Shown here in pieces: positions 1 through 8,053 of a stretch of DNA of 9,657 nt; within the stretch, counting starts at the first letter, position 1, and every line of letters begins with the position of its first letter. The notes beneath the pieces were generated by a model. That model did not search any database. It was given only the letters and a program-made list of their open reading frames with translations, and was not told where the DNA came from. The stretch covers positions 1-9,657 of the forward strand of contig NW_002061072.1 in NCBI RefSeq assembly GCF_000150275.1, read 5' to 3'. A program made the translations under genes and the position numbers. The DNA comes from Trichoplax adhaerens (Eukaryota > Animalia > Placozoa).

Positions 1-1197
1 TTTACTGTAGTTTGCAACGAAACTTTGAGAATACGCTCTTGACAATATCCAAAACTCATCCCTACATCAAAACGCCAACCTCTTCGAAATGCGTTTTCAT
101 CGTTCCTCTGAAATTGGATAACTACGGGATAGGGCGTATCTCAAGATAAGCGTTTCCTTACTTCTTATGTATTTTCCAAATTATCTGTTTAGTATAATAA
201 AAAGATAAAGTACTATTTCAAATTTGCTAAATAACTAGAAAGGAGAGGTGTATTCAAAAAAAAATCGCCAAAAATTAACAGTTACAATATAGTGCACTTG
301 TGAACTTTACATCAGCACAGCTACAATACGGTCATAACCTAGTCTCAGCATTTTTCTAAAGCGAAACAGACTGCTATAAATGGCTTACCGTATGTAGTAG
401 CCAATTAAAGTGACGTTTTAGTGAAGTAAGCTGTCATTACAGAAAAATACGAGCTATACTTTTGAGTATTGTTAGAGTGAAGCTTCGCGAACTTAATGTA
501 CCTCTAAATGGTATAGGACACGTTTTGTGGTGTTTTATGCGTACAGTAAAGTAAAAGTAGTAGCGAACGAAGTAGAACGAATGACGGATCTATTAGAAAT
601 ATATAATAATCATAAAATTATAAACTTTTGTAACCATTCGGCTAATTATAAGCAATGAAGTGCAATCGGATCAACATCATTGTGAATCCGTTCGATATAG
701 CGAGAATCTCTATTTCTCTTCTGCGTTATCTAAACTAGCACTCGCACTCCGTTATGGCAACAGTTACATTTATAAGTGCTTGATTGTAGTCAAGACTCAT
801 AGACCACTATACGTCTTGGTAATCGGAAGACTGGAAGATAACGTAGAAAAATGAAAAATGTGCGTTAAATCAGTTAAGGAATTATTAAAGTAGTAGCAAT
901 CGTAGATCAACTAACTATTCGTACATTAAAAATATAGTCTGATTGGAAGGTAGCTATCAATATTTCTCAATAATGGCCAATCATTGCCGAAGTAAAAATA
1001 ATGTCACAATTAACGAGTAAAATTGCAAAATTGATGCCTACAGGACGTGTCAAATGTTAAGCTTATGGTTTATTGACCCTACCGTACATACTATTGTAAT
1101 CTTCACTTCGTCTGACATTACAAATACCTCCACATCGATAAAACGCCGTCATTTTCGATCGGCTTCTCGTGAAGTAACATCATCATTGCCCAGAAAA

Positions 1198-1210
1198 ATG
1201 GAAAACTACG
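1198..1210 (+). CDS. Putative start exon (M-E-N-Y + 1 nt) of the NB-ARC-fragment gene
   Basis: AAAAATGG start context at 1198, followed after 13 nt by a strong donor G|GTAAGC at 1211. The phase-1 end matches the phase-1 start of the exon at 2752, giving MENY-A-LFRGIP. The linkage is inferred from phase only, and intermediate exons are possible. Confidence 0.45.
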
Positions 1211-1866
1211 GTAAGCGGGCGATGCTACGTTCGTAATCTATTCATATAGATTCTATGTTCTAATGAATTGCTGACACTCATGTTCATTTCGGGATTGTTA
1301 CTCAGAGTAACAGGCTCAATATACACCATGCAGTAAGTTTATTCCGAAAACCTTGCTCTTAGTACACTGACAACTGTTGATTGAGTCAGTTTTACTGCCA
1401 TACTAAACACCATACTTGTATACTAACTATATTACCGAGTGGCAGCAAAGTTGGAGCGCGATCGTGTACAGCATACGATTATCATTGCCATAGTGGCATG
1501 GACAATACAGTATTAGACACCGTTGAGTTAAAATGACCAACAAAAAAGTCGATCCCGACATCACTATAGCAACGATCGTTTCCAGTCCAGTCCTTATAAC
1601 TAATCAATTCGTCCTATGCCCAAAATTTCGATATCATTCAAGTACGGTACAGTATTGGCTAGCACCGCAAGATGTCATAGGCGTGAATAAATTATTATTT
1701 CCTAATTCTGTCTCATTTTTCTTACATAAGCAGAATAAATAAATAATCCTTACTACTATTATTCACAAACTAGTAAAGATTGACTGCAGAATGATGTAGT
1801 ACTGTATGTGCAGTTGTAATGTATAGCGTGCATTGTGCTTAAACTCGAGATAATAAAACTTGATGA

Positions 1867-2119
1867 CGTAATTACCCACATTGCATTTCTGTAGTCGATA
1901 TACTGTACGCTACAGGGTAATTATGTCTCATTGTATCTCACACATTGTATTTTTGTTAATGAAATACAGGGTAATTGATGTATTGTAGCTTACAATCACA
2001 TCGCATTTCTATCAATGATATATAGGGTAATTGATGTATTGCTGTAACTTACCGTCACATTGCATTTCTATTATTGTTGCGAAGGGTAATTATGTTTCGT
2101 TGTAGCTTACAATTACATA
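1867..2119. repeat. Degenerate minisatellite, ~4.5 copies of a 54-59 bp unit
   Basis: AGGGTAATT recurs at 1914, 1968, 2024 and 2083, and CACAT(T/C)G(C/T)ATTT and TGTA(G/A)CTTAC also recur between these anchors. Confidence 0.85.
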
Positions 2120-2751
2120 GTGAATACTTCTGGTGTCATCGTAGCGTACAAGTAAAGCAAAACTGTCAATCTTTATTTATCATCATGGTAAATTTATAAG
2201 AAAAAAATTGTTAACTTTATCATCGTACAACACAGTATATACAGTATATACTGTACTGCAATGTTTATGAAACCATGATTTGTATCACATGACATGATGA
2301 TTTTACGATTTCTATAAGACCACTATTACAGGGGTGTAGCGAACTCTCTAAAATGGTTGAAAGATGTTTAGCGATGGTGTTGCCTTAAATTATATCTTTA
2401 AATTGTGAATGAATATACTTTAAATTTGGCTCAAAGTCCATGCTACCAGATCAGTACAACCTTGAGCAATTCGCTCTTGATATTTTTATTACTCTTTAGC
2501 ACAGTATTGAATAATTATATTTCTTTACAGTTTCTAATATAAACTATCAGTGACTGTTACATGTACCGTCGCTGCAACCATTTTAAAAGTCTTGCCGAAG
2601 TACCTGTCTATAAATGTACTGTAAACGTTGAATGACACTGCGATACTAGGATTGCTTGCGCTATGTTCAAATTAATTAATAAAAAGTGATAAAAAATATA
2701 TAGGTTTGCCTACGCTTTATTACAAAATACTTCATTGTTCGTTCATTATAG

Positions 2752-2979
2752 CGTTATTTCGTGGTATTCCTTCAATTAGCAAGAATTTTATCAATCGGGA
2801 AAATGGTATTGAATTAACCTACAAATTATTAATAAAGTTTAGTCAAGAAGAAACTGCTCAAGTTATTGTAAACAGGATAGTAGGGAGTGGTAAATCTATC
2901 GCCGTTAGCCAAGCTGTCCAACAACTTGTTAATAATGGTAATCGCTACACGAATGACAGCGTCTATTGGATTAAAATAG
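2752..2979 (+). CDS. Exon encoding the N-terminal part of an APAF-1/CED-4-like NB-ARC (STAND P-loop NTPase) domain
   Basis: Acceptor ttcattatAG (2750-2751) and donor ataG|GTAAGC (2980); 228 nt, phase 1-1. The translation LFRGIPSISKNFINRE...AQVIVNRIVGSGKSIAVSQAV...DSVYWIKI(G) follows the APAF-1 motif order recalled from human APAF1 (GVP..FV.R, then IHGMAGCGKS, then GVHWVSVG). Confidence 0.8.
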
Positions 2980-3088
2980 GTAAGCCTAGCTTAATCTTTA
3001 AATTATGTAAATCTATATTCACAAAACTAAGATAAAATGCTTTCGGTTTTTAATTTCTTTGATAATGAAAACGGCTTCAAATAACCAG

Positions 3089-3139
3089 ATAGTGAAGTCC
3101 TTGAAAACGATAACGAAAAGAAATCAGGAAGCGATATAG
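3089..3139 (+). CDS. Small internal exon (51 nt, phase 1-1), charged peptide (D)SEVLENDNEKKSGSDI
   Basis: Acceptor aaccAG (3087-3088) and donor ataG|GTAAAG (3140). It is open and in phase with both neighbouring exons, with flanking introns of 109 and 111 nt. The acceptor has a weak pyrimidine tract. Confidence 0.55.
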   Translation: MVKSLKTITKRNQEAI

Positions 3140-3250
3140 GTAAAGTAAAGAGAAACTGCAATACAATATAGTTATACAGGCGATTTCTACATAACAGCAG
3201 CTTCAGTGATACACTATCGTATTATTTAAGTGATGGTTTTTATGTTACAG

Positions 3251-4162
3251 GAAAGGCAGTAGACGTCTTGATTATATATGCTGAGAGTAAATGTTCGAAT
3301 ATTGCTAGCAATAATAATATCCATTATGCAGCGAACGCGTGCAAATCAGTTAAAAACGGTTTTCTCGAAGCTGAAAAGAATTTACAGCCAATAAATGATA
3401 GTGGTATCCATTGTGATTCTATGGATCATAACTATCGAAATTTATCGAAGCCCTGCATTCAAGAAATTGCTAATAAAGAAAATGGTTTCTATCTAATAAA
3501 TGGTAGAAATTCCGCAGAACATCTTACCTGCACAAATACCAACAATAGTACGAATTATAATGATCTTAGCAATACAGACGATGACAGTGCCCCGGAAGAT
3601 AGTATCAACACATATTACGATTGCGATACTATGATGAGTAATTTCAACAACCTTCCAGATGGCAATAATGGAACAGAACATCCTATGCAAGAAAATAGCA
3701 TTGATGAAGTCAGAAATATCAGTACTCGCTATAACCGTTCTATTTCTGTTGATCGTAGCAGTAGTAGCTGTTCGAAATACTATACTCTTCCTGGAAGACT
3801 TAAAGATTATAACACTATGAGCAAAGCTTACTCGAATCCTGCAAATAGCAATAACCTTCTAGATGATATTCCACGAGAAAATTGTAGTACCAATGGCAAC
3901 AAAGGTTTCAATCATATAGATAATAACAGTTCCGTAAAAGATCAAAACCTAGAAAATCGAGTTAATAATATCATGGATAGTAACTGCTTCAATCCTATAG
4001 ATGGTAGCAATTCTTTAAATGATCATTTACAGGAAATCGAAACTGATACCGAAAATAATAATGTCTTCAATCCTACAGATAGTAGTAATTCCTTAATTGA
4101 CGATGTCCAAGAACCTGCAGATGATAATACTGCAAATAATAACTGCATCAGTCCTACAAATA
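3251..4162 (+). CDS. Large exon encoding an Asn/Asp/Ser-rich, probably disordered region with tandem repeats; truncated by the assembly gap
   Basis: Strong acceptor ttttatgttacAG (3249-3250). The phase-1 start gives (G)KAVDVLIIYAESK, in frame with the 3268 ORF. About 300 stop-free codons in AT-rich DNA, continuing to the Ns. Confidence 0.8.
3820..4162 (+). repeat. In-frame coding tandem repeat, period 75-81 nt (25-27 aa), consensus ~NNxFNPxDxSNSLxDxxQE
   Basis: Repeat cores at 3832 (SNPANSNNLLDD), 3907 (FNHIDNNSSVKD), 3988 (FNPIDGSNSLND), 4066 (FNPTDSSNSLIDD) and 4147 (ISPTN, cut by the gap). Spacings are 75, 81, 78 and 81 nt, all multiples of 3. Confidence 0.8.
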
Positions 4163-4614
4163 NNNNNNNNNNNNNNNNNNNNNNNNNNNNNNNNNNNNNN
4201 NNNNNNNNNNNNNNNNNNNNNNNNNNNNNNNNNNNNNNNNNNNNNNNNNNNNNNNNNNNNNNNNNNNNNNNNNNNNNNNNNNNNNNNNNNNNNNNNNNNN
4301 NNNNNNNNNNNNNNNNNNNNNNNNNNNNNNNNNNNNNNNNNNNNNNNNNNNNNNNNNNNNNNNNNNNNNNNNNNNNNNNNNNNNNNNNNNNNNNNNNNNN
4401 NNNNNNNNNNNNNNNNNNNNNNNNNNNNNNNNNNNNNNNNNNNNNNNNNNNNNNNNNNNNNNNNNNNNNNNNNNNNNNNNNNNNNNNNNNNNNNNNNNNN
4501 NNNNNNNNNNNNNNNNNNNNNNNNNNNNNNNNNNNNNNNNNNNNNNNNNNNNNNNNNNNNNNNNNNNNNNNNNNNNNNNNNNNNNNNNNNNNNNNNNNNN
4601 NNNNNNNNNNNNNN
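4163..4614. other. Assembly gap (452 N)
   Basis: Continuous run of N. ORFs that cross it are artefacts of X translation. Confidence 0.99.
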
Positions 4615-6159
4615 TTCTGATATAAACCCACTTTTTAAGCGACTATCGATATATTAAAACTACAATTAGGAATTAATCACTACCGTATGAGCCTAATTTT
4701 AGGCTTATCTTCCCGATATTTACCTTAGCACGACTCTAAATACTGACAATCTCTTAGCGCCATCTACTGATTAGCCAACTGAATAAAAAACAACGAAATC
4801 ACTAACTGAACGAAAAAAAAGAAGTGCTAACTGCTGTTATAGGATTACGTTATAATAAACGTAAGCTAGCTATCTCATACTAAGAAGGGAATCATACATA
4901 CATAGTCCGATAACCTAGCTCTGAATTTTGTTCCAGTGTAATGTGTTGCGTAATATACGAGTACGTTATCGTTCATTTGAACGGGTACCCAACTAGTTAA
5001 ATTACAAAAAAGCACAATCTTGATATCTTGCTATTACTATTGACTCTTTTTTGCAATACTGTATATTTATATGCAAATTATAATGATTTATTTTTAAACC
5101 TACTTTGGGTCTTTATCGTGAAATCTGTTAAATGAAATAATAGATATGTGATCTGTGTAATTTTTAATTTCGGTTATATTAGTATCATCGATTAGTTGCA
5201 ATGTTATGACTTAAAATCTTAAATCGTCATAAAAATTTATTTCTCAGATACTAATAAATGTTTTTTCCTTTTATTTCCTTGGCTACTTTGCGTTTCTTAT
5301 AACGTTGTAAATTCTGAAGCTAGTGATGATTATAATTACCACAGAATGCACAAGAAGAAATTTGTTTATTTCAATTACTACATTAATTGCATGTAAAGTA
5401 TGAAATATGCGTACGATATCACTTGTATAATAGATCTTACATAGGTGTATGGAGATGATCGCGCTCATACGTCTGAAAGGAATATTTTAAACGACGACTA
5501 ATAATCGATGGTTTATGGCATATATAATACTAAAAAGTAATAATAGATTGTCGGTCCTCATGAATGAGCGCATGACGACGGAGGTAAAAATTGTTAAAAG
5601 TAGCCGCTTTTGAAATCCAACTCAAATTGAGTTTAGGGAAATACACCAATTTATTAGAATTTATAAGCAACAATCTTATCAAAATTATTTAAGAGAATAA
5701 TAGTGAGGCAGAACTACTGCTTTGACCAGCCAAACTATCAAATTAAATGAGACTACTTAGGAATCTAGGAATAGCTTTATCCTTAGTTTTCTTACTTCAC
5801 ATTAACTTCACTAATTTGAACTACTGAACTATATCACCTTTAATATACTGTGCAAAACAGCTGGTAATAAGTTGGGGTAAATTCTTAACATTGAAATACT
5901 GCAGTAATTAGATACTCGTATATTTAAAATTATCTGCATTTCTCTCATCATCTTGAAATTTTTGAAATGACCTAAAGGCTAACCGAAATCAAAAAAGGAG
6001 ATTTGAATCTTTGCCCGATCATAAACACTGCCGAACTCCATCACATTTTCGTATCAAAATTGATGTATTAGTATATAAAGAACTGTTATCATCACAGTTT
6101 AGTGACTGCCTGAAATAAAATATGGCATCATATTATATTGATAAAGTATATACAATTAC

Positions 6160-6253
6160 AATTAAAAGTATTGATGATGGAAGAATTATCTAATAACTCA
6201 ATCTGATTCATATCAAAGTTTATGTAATTTGCTAAAGTAGTTAAGCTACAATT
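6160..6253 (+). repeat. Direct repeat copy 1 (pairs with 7961-8053)
   Basis: ATTGATGATGGAAGAATTATCTAATAACTCAATCTGATTCATATCAAA (6170-6217) aligns without gaps to ATTGATGAAGAAAGATTTATCTAATAACTCTATCTGATTCATATCAAA (7970-8017) with 4 mismatches in 48 nt. Weaker similarity extends on both sides. Confidence 0.85.
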
Positions 6254-6297
6254 TCGTAGGCCGCAAATAATAGAAATATATCAAAGCAAAAGAGCAT

Positions 6298-7620
6298 ATG
6301 CTTTGGAAATTTATATCTGGACAATTACAGTTAAGCCAGAAAATGCTAGATCTCTTAGCTTGGATACCAAGATTAATACTAGTGCCATTAGCGCATCTCC
6401 TAGCCAATTTTACTCCTTTTACTTATATTCTATCATTAAGGCAAAAGTTTTCTGAAGTTATTACTTCCACTTATAAGAATGATGTCCTGAAGCAAGCTGT
6501 TTCCAAAGCTGGACACCGTTTTATTATCTTTCTATTTATAAATTTAATTTTCTTGGCTCCATTTCTACAATTTGCAGTACGTTTTTCGTTGACTGTTGGA
6601 ACAATCTTAGCGTCGCAAGGAAGTTATTTCTTGTCCCTATTAGCACCTTTTATACCATTTTTGTTAATTCTACGTAAAGAAGCGAAGAAAGCGTATAAAG
6701 CATCTGTGTTGAAGTATAATCTAATCAAAAAATGTTATCAACACCTTCAGGAGCTACTCAAGAAAGACAACTTCTATAGATGCTTAACTTTACAGTTTAA
6801 ACAAGCGAAATCACTTAAGCAAAAAGATCTTGATAAATTTATCGAGATAGAGCAATCAGAGATAGACAACACAATAAAACCTTACTTAGAAAAGCTTTAT
6901 AGCGAAAATAGAGAGAAGCCAGAAAATTTAGATAACAGCGACCTAGTTCAGATTTCCAAGCTCTGTATTTATCCATTCCTTTACATCGATGATCAAAAAA
7001 TAGAGCAAAAGAATAAGACAGAATCAGATTGTAAATATGGTTTACATTTTATTGCTGTAATCAGCGGAGAAGAGGCGACTGCTAACAGTAATGACAAAAT
7101 TATCAAACTTGATTCAATCTTTGATCGTATGGAGACTTCCACACAAGAAATTATCACCCATTCGTTATTAACGAAAGTCTTTGCAGGGTATGGCGGAGGT
7201 ATTATGGCTATCACAAAGGACAGCTATCATGACATCGAAAAACTTTTTGGTGGAGAGTATCATCACCTATTGCAGTTTATTATACAGCATTTACATATGA
7301 TTGCTATTTCCCTCATTCATCTATTAGGCCTGTACTTGTATCATAAGGAAGCTGGCCAAAATCCTAGTCTAAGCTCAACTCTGTCTGTTTTACTAACTTC
7401 TCATACATTTATGCAAGGTGCTAAAGCATCGATTCAAGACGGTAAAACCTTGCTACATTCAGATGACATGTGCCAACAAATTGAACACGAAATCATAAAA
7501 TATATCTTTCACTTAGCTGAGAAAGTGGAGTCTTTATCTAGTAAGAAAGCATTAGAAACTACCACCCCAACAAGCCGGAACAAACAATGTCATGACGATC
7601 AAGCCGCAAATAATGCTTAG
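6298..7620 (+). CDS. Uncharacterised multi-pass membrane protein (440 aa; single exon or large terminal exon)
   Basis: 1323-nt stop-free ORF in AT-rich DNA. Hydrophobic segments at about aa 18-46, 75-97, 98-125, 324-348 and 358-373 surround a charged helical region at about aa 126-320. AATAAA follows 40 nt after the stop. No named family recognised with confidence. Confidence 0.85.
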   Translation: MLWKFISGQLQLSQKMLDLLAWIPRLILVPLAHLLANFTPFTYILSLRQKFSEVITSTYKNDVLKQAVSKAGHRFIIFLFINLIFLAPFLQFAVRFSLTVGTILASQGSYFLSLLAPFIPFLLILRKEAKKAYKASVLKYNLIKKCYQHLQELLKKDNFYRCLTLQFKQAKSLKQKDLDKFIEIEQSEIDNTIKPYLEKLYSENREKPENLDNSDLVQISKLCIYPFLYIDDQKIEQKNKTESDCKYGLHFIAVISGEEATANSNDKIIKLDSIFDRMETSTQEIITHSLLTKVFAGYGGGIMAITKDSYHDIEKLFGGEYHHLLQFIIQHLHMIAISLIHLLGLYLYHKEAGQNPSLSSTLSVLLTSHTFMQGAKASIQDGKTLLHSDDMCQQIEHEIIKYIFHLAEKVESLSSKKALETTTPTSRNKQCHDDQAANNA

Positions 7621-7660
7621 TTTATATCATTAAATAGACTACTTTATACTAAAGTGATAC

Positions 7661-7666
7661 AATAAA
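7661..7666 (+). promoter_or_regulatory. Candidate polyadenylation signal for the 6298-7620 gene
   Basis: AATAAA at 7661, with a second at 7723, just downstream of the TAG stop. The hexamer is common in AT-rich DNA, so this is weak support. Confidence 0.35.
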
Positions 7667-7960
7667 TCTAGTAAACCTTAAGGATATATAATATATCTTA
7701 TTAGTTGATTAATACATCTCTAAATAAAGATAACAAGCAATGATATTAATGTACGATCCAAGTAAAAATTATCTGAATGCAGGGAAGACAAACTCATATT
7801 TCCTTCTTGTTAGCAAATAAAAATTTCAAGAAGGAAAATGAATTGAAACTGATTTTAATCAATTATTGTGAATAACGAAATATAAGTTTTCTTAATCACT
7901 CTAAACTGAAAATAATAGTCAAATATAAATGTAGCGCCATTAATCCTTGGAGTAGTTCAG

Positions 7961-8053
7961 AATTAGAGCATTGATGAAGAAAGATTTATCTAATAACTCT
8001 ATCTGATTCATATCAAACGATTAGTAATTTTCGACACGAGTTTACTACAACTT
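7961..8053 (+). repeat. Direct repeat copy 2 (pairs with 6160-6253)
   Basis: Same alignment as for copy 1; the core is offset by exactly 1800 bp. Confidence 0.85.

Noticed and set aside
660-1742. Short ORFs 660-854, 1054-1236 and 1533-1742
   Set aside because: They are 60-69 aa with no motifs, as expected by chance. Only the MENY portion before the 1211 donor is retained.
1867-2119. CRISPR array interpretation of the ~55-bp periodic repeat
   Set aside because: The whole unit is degenerate-repeated with no unique spacers, there are no cas genes, and the context is eukaryotic and intronic.
2240-2255. Perfect 16-bp palindrome TACAGTATATACTGTA
   Set aside because: It is built from TACAGTA/TACTGTA words that recur throughout the window, with no associated element.
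2706-3035. 109-aa ORF taken as a stand-alone gene
   Set aside because: It has a TTG start and both ends extend past clear splice sites; only 2752-2979 looks coding.
3259-3285. VDVLIIYAE resembling the first strand of a TIR-like domain
   Set aside because: It is followed directly by low-complexity polar sequence, with no further TIR-like elements.
3853-4107. LLDDI and LIDDV as a possible Walker B
   Set aside because: They lie within the Asn-rich repeat units, lack four preceding hydrophobic residues and are far from the P-loop.
4023-4657. ORFs 4023-4631 (-) and 4097-4657 (+), and the X-filled tail of 3268-4620
   Set aside because: Their length is an artefact of translating through the N gap.
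5560-5583. Possible first exon MNERMTTE with donor GAG|GTAAAA, in phase with an AG at 6272-6273
   Set aside because: It is frame-compatible with the 440-aa ORF, but the acceptor lacks a pyrimidine tract; unsupported without transcripts.
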